Positions 1 to 14,126 of a stretch of DNA of 64,000 bases are shown piece by piece; positions within the stretch are counted from its first letter, which is position 1, and each line of letters opens with the position of its first letter. A model generated the notes under the pieces. It saw only the letters and a program-made list of their open reading frames with translations. It had not been told where the DNA came from and made no database searches. A program made the position numbers and the translations under genes. This DNA comes from Azolla caroliniana. Taxonomy: Eukaryota > Plantae > Polypodiophyta. The stretch lies in NCBI GenBank assembly GCA_043228905.1, contig JBHGNT010000021.1, positions 5,828,001 through 5,892,000 on the forward strand, read 5' to 3'.

Positions 1-3000
1 TAGGATAGGAGAGGTGCCATTAGATAGCCATTCAGAAATCCCTCTTAATCCAGGAGAAGAGAGTAGGGAAGAAGCTAATCTTGATAGAGATGGTAAGATT
101 CTGGAATTTGTTGAGATGCCGTCACTGATTAGAAGAGATTTTTCACCTCATCAACCAAGGGTACGCAGACGTTTGTATAATGTAGCTCTTAATCCTAGCT
201 ATACTGACGATCTTTTTTGCCATATCAAAAGGCAAAGAATCAGTGACTTCAGCATAACATCAATGACAGACGAAGAGTGTTCTCCTCATTTCGAGAGCCC
301 TCTCTTTGAAACCAATCTGCGAGAAGATAGATTGTGCAGTGATCTTTACGAAATACAAAACAACAAAAATGGAAATCTGTCCTTACAGAGCAGCAATGTA
401 GCTGATTTCAACCTCGATGAAAACATTCACAACAAAGCCCAGATGTTTTTAGCATCTTCCATGGTTGTACATGATAACCCTCCAGATAAACCATGTTTAA
501 CATCTAAAGCTGAGGATAATAAGCATAAGAGCTTGAGGAGAACACTTTCTGGGCCACCATTTTTCAAACTGTCAAGGCATGTAGCACTGAATCAGAACAA
601 ATCAATGGAATTTCAAGGAAATGAGACTCTGATAGGTAGAATTTCTGACGGACAAGGTGTTCTTTTTCTTTTTAATACACTGGATCGAATCGTAAACCCA
701 AATTTCTGCAGATTCTAAAGGCAATATGTGTAAAGGGTCAACATTGCGCGATGATGAGGATGGACTACCAGAAAAAGGAATGTGCAACCTTGTGGTTAAA
801 CAAAAGGTCCGCTGCTCATGATTTAAAAATTAGCTGTTTATAATTCTTTTAGCTATCAATAATTTCCTCTTATAGAGAGGGTAATGATGAACATGCTGCT
901 TAGAGTTTTACAGGGTGATTGCATCCTAAGGTATAATGATCTAAAAGACAATTCAGTAACAGATGCAGACGATGATTTTTCTCATCGGTCAAAATGGAGG
1001 GATTTGGAACATTATAAAAGTAGTTCAGTTGATGTTGATGTGTCTGCAGCACAAATATACAAGGTTCTCACAGTACCGTGATTCTTAAGTTATTTATATT
1101 ATTGGCTATTTCTTTCTCAGACTGTGATCATTATTTGGTTATGCTTGCAGGAATGGAAAAATCCTTGTATGAGAAGTAATGAATTGCATATACTTGATAT
1201 ATCTTCTGTATTTTTGGGGTCTAGTAAAAGGTGTTTATTTCCCAAAAGCATTGCAAAGGAAGAATTGCAGAATGCAAGGGTTTTGCAGCAGATCGGGAAG
1301 AAGTTTATAGCTGCAGTGGCTGATAAGACCCTTGTAGTAATTGATCAGGTTGCCTAGTCGTACTTGAACCATCATGTGTGTGGATGAGGTCATACACAAA
1401 TTATTAAGTTTTTATAAACTGTTTTATATACAGCATGCTGCAGATGAGAGGGTCAGGTTGGAAAGATTACGTGAAGAGGTCAATTAGATTAAATCAATTC
1501 TATTATCTTTCAAAATTACATCAGCTTTTGCCACATAAAATCCATCTACTTTGTGCAGGTCTTAAACAAAAAACAGCATTTGAGCAGTTTACTGGACTAT
1601 CCAAAAGAGCTGGTATAAAATTTATCTTCTTTTGTTTCTTGAATGCTAAATGGACTGCATGTGCTTTACTTAAGGAGAATGCAATTGTGCTTTCTTTGTA
1701 GACCATTTGTGTGGGGGATCAGCAGCTACTTCATATTTACCAATCACATTTAGAATATTGGGGCTGGCGCTTCAAAATTCAATCTCAAAAAAGCAAGTAT
1801 GATACTCCATTATAACCTTTCAAGTTCATGAGACATAATAAGCATGTTTATGCATACACTTGCATATATAATATACTGTACATGCATACTCATAATATGC
1901 TGTACAAGTGCATGCGTAAAAGACACGTGTACACGCATGTATATCAATGTTTTGCAGAATACTTTAGAGATGCCTAATTGAATATTAGAGGAACCCAAGT
2001 GGGGTCAATATATTGTACAGTAATGAACACCCCTTTTTTCTATAGCAATGTAACATGTGCCGAAAACCAGATTCTGTCGTCTCTTTTTATCCTTTTTACT
2101 TTTATATTTACCGAGTAATAGTTCTTTTATTTTGATTTGTTGTTCTCAAAGATGAGACAACACTTAAGATGTAATATCTTGTTTGGTCTTATAGGCCATT
2201 TTGGCCTCTTAAAAGATGTTCATATATCTTTCTTTCTTACACAGGTTCAGTAAAGTGCCTGATCGTGATAGCAATATGCATGCTCTCATTATGGCTGTGA
2301 GTCAAAATTCATGGCTGAAGTACTTTGTCTTGATTCTTATTCGTTTTGAAGCAAAACGATGGAATTTCTTGCAGGTACCCACGATTTTGGGCGAGACTTT
2401 GACTGACACGAGATACCTTACTGAGTATTTACATCAAGTACACGTTCATGATGAAAATGAAAAGTTTTGTTTGTATAGCATTCACGAATCATTATAACCA
2501 AATCTTCAGTATTAATACTGCAATATATTGACACAGCTTGCTGCAACTGATGGAATTTCAGCTCCTCCACCTGTGGTTCTGAGAATTATGGCGAGCAAAG
2601 CTTGCAGGGGTACATTTATTTCTCCTAACGTTTTCATGTTTAATATGAAGAATGTTTTTTGTAATTAAATCAGCTTCCAATGCTTTTAGGTGCTATCATG
2701 TTTGGTGATTTTCTGCTAAGATCTGAGTGTCAACAACTTGTTGAAGGATTGAAGAAGACATCACTCGCATTCCAGGTATTATATAAGGGCATTTGAAGTT
2801 AAGAGATAAATTTGTAGCTTCATGAGAGGGCTCGTACCTTTTTAAAAACCAAGAATAGTCCTAACAATTATTTCATAATTTCCTTGCAGTGTGCTCATGG
2901 GCGCCCAACACTTGTACCTATTGTTAACCTTCAAGCTTTAAGTTTTCAGCTGAGCAGACTAGAGAGTACTATGATGGGTCAGAGTGAGTGTAAAACACCT

Positions 3001-3114
3001 GTACACAAGGAGGAACGTGGAGCACATTTGAGGAAGACATGGCATGGCCTTGAATGGCATTGTCCCACCCTACAACGTGCAATGGAAAGGCTCAAACATG
3101 CTGTGGAGATGTAG
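1..3114 (+). CDS. MLH3: DNA mismatch repair/meiotic MutL-family endonuclease MLH3, 3' part (multi-exon, 5' end outside window)
   Basis: Exons 1151-1348 and 1434-1478 splice (GT-AG) to give ARVLQQIGKKFI...LVVIDQ|HAADERVRLE, the DQHA(X)2E(X)4E MutL endonuclease motif. Later exons give SKACRGAIMFGD and FQ|CAHGRPT (last exon 2891-3114, TAG). A long low-complexity linker exon upstream is typical of plant MLH3. Confidence 0.92.
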
Positions 3115-4666
3115 TTTCCTGGAAGTGTTCTCCTTTTGATGTTCATTTGTCTCTATTACACCAATAGTGTAATATCTGTGATTTAGGAGATCATATATTG
3201 TAAAGGATACAAGGCTTAGTCTTCTATCAGTTGATACATTTGTAATTAGCAAGATGATTTGTGCTTAAAATGGGAACAATATGACGTCAATGGCGAATGG
3301 ACAAATGTTAAACATTCCCAATTGAAAATGCTTGTAATGATGTATGACATTTGTATCGGCATGTACAAAAGAGATCCTTGCTGATATACATTCCTGGGGC
3401 TTGCGGAAACATTTCCAGTGGAAAATATGCCGTGTTTCATGTATAATAGCTGTATCAACTTATGAATGATGAGTGTTGATGCATTCTTTGCCAGTCACCA
3501 AATTAGTGGGTTCTTAGTTTTTGTGGCTGATCTGTTGTGACTGCCAAATGTCCTTCGTCTATAAAGGATAAAATGAGGCTCCATGGATGCTTCAGAAAAA
3601 TTACAAGGGCAAGGAAAAACCATAGATGCTCGAAGAACAAGCTTTAAGTAAAGAAACTTCGTGAAAAGGCTTTTGGTTATAACTACTATATTTTAATTGT
3701 TATTGAATAGAATATGGTTAAGAACGTTTGTGCTACAAAGATAGACATTTGTAAGGATGTTCAAACAGAACAAAGAGCATATAATGAAAAGCTTGTGAAA
3801 CAATAATTTCATTTTGAGATGGATGCATCTTCGATAAACGAATTGTGCACAATCAACTCAAGGAAAATCAAGCTATTTGCTTCTTGAACTTGGAGGACCA
3901 TTTCTTAGTTATCCCAAAATGTTGTAGGTCAAGACAATAAAGCCAACAAAGATATTATTGATCAAATTTCATTTCCAAAGGATTTTCACTCGTCAAACTA
4001 CAATTGGATAGTGAATTCATCCATCTTAGTTTAGTCTAAAGTTTTCAAAAGGTTAAGGTGGACATGTATTCTTTTGTTAGCTAAACACATTGCTTATGTT
4101 GGAGTTTAGACTACCATTGACTGTTCATCAAATGTTTTGGTTTGTTGAATAACGATTGGATGGTGAAGGTTCATTGCATTGTGAAGCCAAAACTTATAAG
4201 TTGCGGAGCTCTTATTACTGTCAACCACAAGGTCAAAAAAGTCCATTCATGAAGTGCTTACGCATTGAACCACTTTTTGTTAATGAAAATTTATTGGTAT
4301 TGTTAATGTATACATTTGTGTGCCTTAGATTGTCCAAAAGTTGTCCATTGATTCAGTGTTATTACAATTCGTTCCTTATAAAGCCAATATAGATGAGTTC
4401 AAATTATCAACAACCAAAAGATAGAAACTTGTTAGTGTCGAATCAACAAATAGTTTTACATAGGAGGTCAATGAAAGTTATTGGCGTTGTAAAGGCAAAC
4501 ACGCATGCCCATGTTAATGAAAAAATTGCCTACAGTAGACTTCAATCTACTATTGCCTAGGAGATAAACACCATGGAATGTTTCTTTGCATCAATGCTTT
4601 CAAACGTTGAACCATTGTTGGATGTCACACCACTAGACATACACGCTTTCTCAATTAGTGTAAAGA

Positions 4667-4845
4667 GCACTTAGCTACCTAGCATTTACCGTGGGCATGA
4701 TAATTGGTACACCAGAGGTGCGTCCTTCTTGGTCCTCACGTACTAAGGAAAGGTCCCCCTAATGCTTTAAAACCCATACCGGATATGGACGGAACTATCT
4801 CACGACATTCTGAAACCCAGCTCACGTAGCACTTTAGTGGGTGAA
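4667..4845 (-). pseudogene. rrn23: Degenerate plastid-type 23S rRNA fragment (NUPT)
   Basis: The + strand reads tggtacaccagaggtgcgtccttc...ccggatatggacggaactatctcacgacattctgaaacccagctcacgta, the reverse complement of the conserved 3' region of plastid/cyanobacterial 23S rRNA with many transitions. Only about 180 bp. Confidence 0.85.
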
Positions 4846-5433
4846 GTTGCACATACGTAATGGGGTTGAGATTTACCACCCCAATGAGAGAAGAAAAGAA
4901 AACACACGAGCAGAGTCTCCATTCATCGGAACATATCCCGAAACCAACCTAACGAACCCGAGGGAATGAGGCTGCCTGGCAGGTCATCGAAAACACCCTC
5001 TTAATTTAGTAGTGTCCGAGGTCGAGGGGAGCGAAATAGAGGTCACAATATGACCCGACAAAATCAACAACAACAAAAAACGTGCGTCGAACCGAAACCC
5101 CAAATCCCCATCATCTTAGCGGAACGTTGCTATGACTCCAATTCTTCCTCTTTTTTTCCCCTTTCTTTCTCTTTGTTTCTTTTCCTTCTCCTTTCTTCTT
5201 CTTCGTGTGAATCCCAGATCCTTAAACATCGGTAATGAGCTAAAAAAACACACACATTTCTGGATTGCAGAAAGGATATTTGGTTCTTTGATCTTGCATA
5301 TTCTCTCTCTGTCTCTCACTCACTCTTTTGATTGATCTTGTTGCGCTTTGCAGGCAATTCTGATTCTCCTCGAGTAGAAGAAGAAGAAGAAGAAAAGGTT
5401 GTCATTTTATTTACTTTATGATCTAAGGAAGCT

Positions 5434-8400
5434 ATGGATGACTCTGTTTCTTCTGAGAAGACACCTTCTGCATCAGAGATGGCAGAAGAGAAGAAAGGAT
5501 GGGGGGGTGGGTGGGGAGGTTGGGGATCCTCTGCTTTCTCTGTTCTCTCGGGTATTCAGAAAGCTGCAGCAGAAACTGCAGATGAGCTCGCCAGAAATGT
5601 ATGTGTCTTTATCTCACTCACTCTCTCTTCTCTCTGTTTTTGTATGTCTGTTTGATATTGATATCGAAATGGTTTTGTAGAAAGGAAATAATAGGGTAAG
5701 CATATTGAATATGCACTGGAGATGGGAGGTGTCATTTTTTGTGTCAGTTACTATGATACACAGAAAAATCATACTAAGAAAAACAAAATAGGTAGAAAAG
5801 GTAGATGTATAAATATTTTTGAGCATTTTTTCTTTTTTCTATATCTTATTTCTTATGGAAATATAGAGAAGATCCATTGTAAGAAAATACTGCACAAGTA
5901 TAACATGAGAGAAATGATATTTGTGGGTGCTTCCTGTGTTTTTCGGGTCCAATCTAATAGTGAAATAGGAAGGCCTTTCCTCTTTGTATCCAATCGAAGA
6001 ATGAAATGGGAAGAATATTTGGCTTTACATATATATAGTGAGAAATTTTCATTTTTGTGTTCTTTTGACCTTTTTAAGAAGAAAGCATGAAGATAATCTG
6101 AAACGTAGGAAATTTTTCGTTTCTGAGTTATTTTATTACCTTGTTCTCTGTCATTAGAATCGTTTTCTTTATCTTGATCCGCTCCAGGAAAAAAACTCCT
6201 TATATTTAGAGGGTTTGGCATTTTTTTATCTCATTCTTACCTTTTTTTGCAATCTTGGTATTTTTTATGGGTCATTTCTTTACCTTGACCTGTCTTTTTC
6301 TATCTTTACCTTGATCTGTCGTTTTCTTTCTTTACCTTGATCTGTCTTTACATTGATGTTTTATCTGGTGAAAATAATGTCCTAGGCTATTGCTGTAGCA
6401 AAAGATGCAGCAAAAGGAGTTGCAGAATTGCAGGATAATGTTACCAATTCACTTAAGCTACAAGAAGAAGAAGAGGGTACTCAAGAACCTTCTACAGAGA
6501 ATAAGGAGCTTGAATCTCCTGAGGATAAGCTTAGAAATGCAGCTTTACAGAAGCTGGAAGAGGCTGGTCAAGACACTCCACTCACTCATGTAAGTATTGC
6601 CTTCATCCTTGTTTATATGTAAATAGCCACTCTATTACACATCACTCTATTCAAAATCTATTTCTACTTGTATATGCAGAGTCTGAAAGCTATTGATGCA
6701 TCAGTTGAGAATCTGGCTTCAGGAGCATGGCAAGCATTTGGGACAGCTTGGCAAGGGAGCAGAAATTTTATTCAAAAGTATGTTCTGATCTGTTATGATA
6801 TAGGGAAAACAGGTCTGATTAAACAAGATCTGGGTTGGTGCAAATCAAAGATATAGGGAATTAGAAAGTGTTAATGATATGGGGAAAATCTTGGCATGAG
6901 CAAATGAAAAATCGAAGAACTCAAAAAATATTTAAGATATGGCTGAAATCTTAATACTGGCAAATGGAAGATCTTGGAAGATTTATGGTTTTGACTGTAA
7001 GAATACACAGGGAAAAAACCGTATACGAACAAACATCTTAGAAAATGTTTTGAATATTGCCAGAATCTTGGTGATAATATGCAAATGGAAGTTCATGGAA
7101 GATGTTTTTGATATTGGTGATGTCTTTGATATTATCAATCAGTCTTGAACCATAGGCAAATGAAGGATCTTAGGTGTGTTTTGTACAACGGCAATCTTGA
7201 CCATGTACCTTGGTGAAGAATGTGTACACCCATATGGCTTGACCTTACCACCACTGGTAGAATGGATGGAAAATATCTTGAATCCAATAAGAATGGAAAT
7301 GCAGAAGAGATGTAATGTCCAGACATAGCTGTCTATCTAGTCTGTGCATGAACAAAACCTCTCATCTCTAGTCCTAACATTGACTCCTAATAAAAAATAT
7401 ATGTGTTGACAAGAGAAAGATGAAAATATTGATGTGCAGGCTTGAGCATTCAGCAGAGAATCTGGCAGAAAGTTTACAGAAACAGGGAAGCTTTACTTAC
7501 AAGGCTGGTACTCTTGCTCCTGGTCTGTTAGAGGTTGGCATACATTATCCTTTTTCTTGAAAGTATTCTATATTTGAATGTTTGGCGTTATCAGTGACCA
7601 CAATTCATTTGTCCATTGAAATGAAGAGTGGAAAAGCTATCACAGCTAAGGGCTTGGAGGTTCTTGAGTATGTTGGCAGAGAAGCCATGGATATGATTGT
7701 CACAGAGGCTGGAATTCAAATTGAAGATGAGCCAAAAGTATCAGATGGAGATGCCATAGAGGAGGATGAACATTTCATGGATGATGTGACATTTGATCGT
7801 TGTTTCTACATATACGGAGGCCCAGAGCAGTTGGAGGTCAGTAATTTTAATCTTGCAAATGCAGGATAAGTGCTTAGTATGAAAGGATTTTCTTTGCTCT
7901 GAGCTAATCCCTTCAATAGGCAGAATATATCTGGATAATATGATATTCTGTTTGGCAGGAACTTGAAGCAATATCAAATCATCATATGCTTCTATGCAAT
8001 AGAGCCAAGTCAAAGCTGTTAAGTGAGGAAAAGTCCTTGTTTGATGCGACGTTAAGGCAGCTGCAACAAATCATGGACTTGGGAGCAAATGGTAATGAGG
8101 TCTCAGAAGTTGACAAAGGTAAGCAAGTGGAGTTAGGAGTGATCGATGATAACAGTGAGTTTAAGACTATTCGTGAGACTAGCGTAGCGAAAGCTGCTGA
8201 AATGGCTGCAGGGTAATTCTTTTTTTCTGTTAGCGAGCTTTATTTTCTTTAAGATCTTAAATGCAGAGGATTGATGAACTCATAATTGTGTATATATTCA
8301 GATTCACTGTAGCCCTTGGTGGTTTGGCTATTACTGAAGTCATCCAGAAGACAACAGATCGTTTAGAGGCTATCAAAGTTGAAGGAGTGCATGTATGTGT

Positions 8401-9201
8401 CATCCTTCAAGATTTAATGTTCTCACATTTGAATGTAGAAGTTATTAGACATAGTAATCGGAAATGGTATCATCGTCTCTTTAGAAAGGGGATATCACAA
8501 CTATGAATTTACACACATCGCGCACACCACACACACAGATGCACATGTAGGTAATAAATGTTATATATGTGTATATATGTTAGGTAACAAGTTCAGTATC
8601 TAAAGCATTTTAGAAGCATCATAACATGCAATGTAATTATTGATTGATTCTCAACATGCTGGGCTTGCAGAGACTATCAGAGTTGTGTGCATCTGGCATC
8701 TCTCAGTTGTTAAATCTAGCAAAGTCACTTCTATCGTCTACTGCTGAGCAAGAGAACAAAGACAGTTCAGTGTGGCCCAAAGATTGTCTACAGAAAGCTA
8801 AGTTAATCAGGGCCCAAGCACAGGCTATGGCTGATGATATTGAAATTATTTCAGTTAGTTTTGTAACTGGTATAATATTGTAAATTTTCTTGTCAATGGG
8901 GTTTAGGAACAAAGCTGCCTTCTAGGGACACATTATTTAAACCTGCTTTTCACTTCTTTTGTGTGCAGGCATTGGTGATGTAACTGCAGCATTTCAGGCA
9001 GTTCTGAAAAGTGATGCTGCAATAAAGGATGGTGAAAGAGATGATGCAAAGCATGAATTCATGTGGGAGAAATCTATTGAAGAGAAAGCACATACTTTAA
9101 CTAGTGATTTGGAGAGTGATGGAAGTGTCGCAATTGAAAAGCTGCAGTCTGGCCTTAGACAGCTTGTCTATGTGGTTTTACATACATCACTGAAGAATTG
9201 A
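5434..9201 (+). CDS. Conserved plant protein of unknown function, FAM114A/DUF719-like (resembles Arabidopsis At2g15860 family); about 9 coding exons
   Basis: GT-AG exons at about 5434-5598, 6386-6589, 6680-6777, 7440-7533, 7627-7836, 7959-8212, 8302-8391, 8671-8869 and 8969-9201. Motifs GWGGWGSSAFS, GKAITAKGLEVLEYVGREAMD and VTFDRCFYIYGGPEQLE|ELEA. A 5'UTR intron lies at about 5232-5353. Confidence 0.8.
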
Positions 9202-12200
9202 AGTGGTTCTCATTGATGGGCTCTTCTTCTCTAGAACAGGTGGGATTAGGCAGAGCTCTTTGGGCACAGATAAATCTAAATTGACCATGTGTAAATGGCG
9301 TGACAATGTTTATTGGGTTGGTTTTAACTGTAACATGATCCGACATGTTTGGACAAGTGGTTAAATGCAGCCAGCTGTAACAGCATGTTGTAAAAAGATC
9401 TATTGAAGCTACCTATATAAATATGAAGCTGGTGTTAACTTTATCCACGGTCTTTTGGTAGAGTATGAAAAGTCAATGATGGTGGACTCTATTGCTGTTA
9501 ATTATTGAAAGACTATTTCTCTTATGGCATCGAGCATGAATTCAGATAAGTTTATTGAAGAATGTAATATAAAGGAAAACAACCTTTTGGTCTCTCATAT
9601 GTGGCCGTGTCCAGGTTGATTGAAGTTCCAACTAGGGTCAACTATATAATTTCGAGACTAAAAGTAGTTAAGGGCAGCTTTCTTGATGGTTATCAACATG
9701 TTGGAAGTGGTCCCTTCATCTAAATCTATTCAAATTCCAAAATGGTTTGTATGTGGCAAGCTATTTTTACTTTCAATTTTAAAACTTTGAAGCATAATTT
9801 TTGAACAATTAAAGTACAAAAATACAATAAAACTCATACAAAAAAATGGTTTACTAATCCTTTGGTGATATTAATTCTTCATGGAACGAAATTCATACAA
9901 GTTTTTGTCCATTCCCCTCTACATCACATGTTATTAGAAAAACACTCTTAAAATATAGAAGTAAACACCATCATATTCCAATGGTGCTTATCTTGCACGT
10001 AAGGTGAAGCATGTGAAATAAGTTTGAATAAGGATATCATACTTCTATTTTATAATGGGGGCAAACAAAACATTTGTTATTCATTGGGGTTATGGTTCAA
10101 GTTGTCTACCATGATTGGTGAAATAGCCGAGTACCACATCTTATTAATTGCAACTTAAAAAACGAGTACTTATTTTGTCATTTGCATTCATATATGTATG
10201 TATAAAGTGTATGTGCATATCATGAAGTACTGATAGATTGTTTTTGGCCTGATTGGTATTATTTAGTTTCTTCACATATAGACTAGGTAGTAGGATCTAA
10301 GATATCACGAAAAAGGCAACATCACTATTTATAAGCAAGCTCACTTACCACAATACTCTTGCAAATTAATTATAAACTTTCATAGGGGTTTATGTTTTTC
10401 CATAGATCATAATGGACGATGTCGTAGCTTTCAAGCCATGGCCTATTCCTTTTTCCCATCCCTCCAAACCAAATTGGTGGAAGGATTGAAGAGAATAGTA
10501 GATTTAAATGGTGCTAGTCTTGTCAAGAAGAAAGTATCTATCTTCCTAAATGTTTAACCCATGTAATGTAGAGGTTACACTTTGTTGCATTGTTGGCCTT
10601 TTCAAATCTTGTAAATTATTCAAGGGGATTTATAAAATGCAAACCAATATATTATTGATTCACTTTATTATTCAAATTTGTTTAGGAAAATGTTTTTTTG
10701 AGCACTATTGCCAACCGCTCTCCTATTATCCAAATTAACTAGATAGTGATAATTGGCGGTTGATAGTCTCAATACCTTTAGCCTTGGAGAAAGGTCTTTC
10801 TCAACATCAAGCCTAAAGCGTAGTTCAAGGGAGTACAAATGAGAACTTGTTTAGCCATGTCAAAATTTTAAACTCTTGATAACCTTAGTTCAAGGGACTA
10901 ATGAAAAGATAAAGATAAAGAGACTGGGGCACATCTCAATCCATGTGTGACTTTTCCTAGTATTTTGTTCACTTCACAACTATTACAAATGAATCAATAG
11001 TGAGCAATATAATAAGTGGTTAAGGAAAAGAATGCACTTAGGGTGCTTAATCACATCAACCACCCTATATCAGAGGACATGAGACAAACATGAAATACTA
11101 TTGATGTCACATACCTAACTAAATCTTATTAACTGAATAGCAAATCTAAAGAAGAGCGGTTAGCCTCACCTAGAAGCTCAAGAGCATCTACGATATTGTG
11201 ATGAATGGGGCATCCCAAGCCCTAGGATAAGTGGTTTCCCACTTATCCTATCCTTAAACCATTAACATTAGATTTAGACTTATTCTCAAGGTTATGCCTA
11301 TAACAATGACCCACAAAAGGCATTGCAATGTTCATGTGACATGTAACTTCTTTGTGTATTGTGTATGTATAATAATCTCATGTATTTTTGTAATGTCACT
11401 AGAATAGTGTTATCCATAGGATTATTAGTGTATGAGTGTATAAGTGATGGTACGTGGATAGATAAGTGCAAAGTCTTGTGTTAAAAGCCATGTTGTAAGT
11501 TTGTGCAAGTGTGCACAAAAGAGTAAGTGTGAGTATATTGTTATATGTGTAAACACGTGCACATTTATGTGAATGTATGCAAAAATAAGAGTGTTATAAA
11601 GTGGGTCTAGGTTGTTAGAAGGTTATGTAACTAACCTACAACTCACGAGCCTCATTGGATGTTCTTGGATTGTGATCCTCATATAATGTACATACATAAC
11701 CCGACCATAGGGGACATGAATACAAATAATTGTCTCTTTCTCTTTCTCTATCTTCCTCAAGCTCAACCCCTTGGGAGGGGGGTGGAGCTCTTCTTGGCTC
11801 CAACCCCCACCAAAAAACAAGTAGTGCAATTAGTGAGACTTGAGGCCACCATATGGTTTGATAAGAATACGATTTAGCACTAGAAAGAGTATAAGATCCA
11901 TTGATCTCAAATTCTCCACATAAAACCCATATTCCAGTAAGATACAATCAATCAAAGACTATTATTCAAACGAAGTTTCGCTTTATTGTTCTTTGTACAT
12001 AATAATCATGTCTTAAGTTGTAATAAAATATCTATGAGAATGGAGGTTATTTCTGTGGAGAATTTTAGCATGTTCTATTATATCTATTGCATCTTGTATT
12101 CTTCTTCCTATCAAGACCAATAGTCATACAAGACAGTCACCCAATGACAACTTCAGGAGCAATACCGCTGCTCTCCCATGATTCAGCATTTTCTTCCGTT

Positions 12201-12239
12201 GTTTGTATTTTATGTAGACAAGCGCAGTAAACAAGTGGT

Positions 12240-13430
12240 TGAAATTGTGGTACATTGTGCTTCTCTTGAAGATGATATTACATAACCAAAATATCATATT
12301 ATGGCAAATCTTCAGTGCTTGGTTCTCCGATGCAATACTTGGCATAATTGGAATACAATATCTGTTACTAGTGTTATTTGATGCAATACTTGTAATGTCC
12401 ACACTAGCAAAAGGCCCATTTGTAGTGCAATGCTTGGCATATTCCCACAAGAAAAATACCCATTTGTAATACAACCAAAACGAAATAGCTAAAGCGCACG
12501 CTTTGCTGAGACCCAGAGTCCTATTTGCCTCTGCATCCACAGTAACCAACACAGGAATCACAATATCATGCATACCAGCTCTTTACATCATTTTGTTGAA
12601 ATTGCAGTTGATATGGCTTCCGTTGTAGGTGGCATTAATGACCTAAAATATCATATTTGTAGCAAATCTCTGGTGGATGCATATACTTTGAAACAAAGCT
12701 TTGGCATATTTGGAATACATTATCTGGTACTATTGTAATTGATGCAATACTCGGCATACACCCACAACAGCGGATGACCCATTTGTGGCGCAATGCTCAG
12801 CATATTTCCACATTAACAAATAACCCATTCATTGTAGATATTACTTCCCCTGTAGATCTCGGGTACTTGTGTGACTTGATGTGATATATCATCTTGTTGG
12901 AATTGACGTGATGTGATACACCAGCACTTTACATCATCTTGTTGGAATTGACATAATAGTAGGTGGGTGTTATATAGAACCAAAACGACATACTTGTAGC
13001 AAATCTCTTATGGATGCATATGGTTTCAATGCAATGATTGGCATATTTTGAATGAAATACATGATACTAGTGTGATTTGATGTGATACACGGCAATGTCC
13101 ACAATAATGAATGGCTCATCTGTGTGGTGTGATACACTGCATATTTCCACTCTGGCTAAAGATCCATTGGTGGTAGACATTACTTCCCTGAAGACCCAAA
13201 ATGTCATATTTATAGCAAATCGCTGGTACTGGCATGCTTCGATGCAATAATCGGCATTTTTGCCTCTGCATCCACAGTAGCCAACACAGGAAATACAAAT
13301 CATACATACCAATGCATCACATCATTTTGTTGCAATTGCATTGATACCAGCTTCCCTTGCAGGTGGTCTTAATAAACCCAAAATATCATATTTGTCGCAA
13401 TACTGGAGTATGCATATATTTCGATGCAAT
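12240..13430. repeat. Hierarchical degenerate tandem repeat
   Basis: The anchor CCAAAATATCATATTTGTAGCAAATC recurs at about 12286, 12642, 12980, 13195 and 13377. Block 12525-12672 resembles 13260-13406. The sub-motif GATGCAATACTTGGCATATTTCCAC recurs about 9 times. Confidence 0.75.
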
Positions 13431-14126
13431 GGTCAGCTTACCTTTTGGGGCAAATATCTATATGGCATAGACTATACAAGACAAAATCAGATGAATGCCC
13501 CTAATATGAGAGCATGCTGGTCACTTTCTCATATGTGCATTGAGCCACTGGATAGCTTTGCAGCTAAACTCAAAGAGTTCAACTAACCATCAGAACATTA
13601 AGTGAACAAATGGACATGTGTGCTCAAAACAAAAAGCAGATCAGTACTCTGCTGACATTCTATCTGAAGTTAGTTAGCAATGCAGTACAAGTTTTACCCC
13701 ATGTTCAGCCATAGATACAACACCATGGAAGAAAACAATGCCCAGATTGAGGTTTGTCTCCTGTACTAAAACTGTAGCCTTCTGAGTATACGTCTAGATG
13801 TTTGACAAAGCCAGCGGATTGAATTATCTTCCTGTACCATCCATTGCTGCTCGCTCAACACTGGTTACCACGCCCAAGAACATCTGGGTAACCATCCAGA
13901 ACATCTAAACTTTTTAATTACAAATGCATGTGTAGGCTAGGCAAAAGGATTTCATTACTGTTTTCTGGACCGAAAAGGAAGTGCATTACTCTTCTCTGGA
14001 TATTCCAGTCTAACACATAGTTTAGAGAACACAGTACCACAAGCACCATTGTTTATCCATAAGCACCATGATGGATAACCCGTACCCGGAGTTCAGAAGC
14101 TGTTTGACACCAAAGTGCAAGGTTCA

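Noticed and set aside
11050-11950. LTR-like fragments
   Set aside because: No paired termini, PBS, PPT or TSD could be established.
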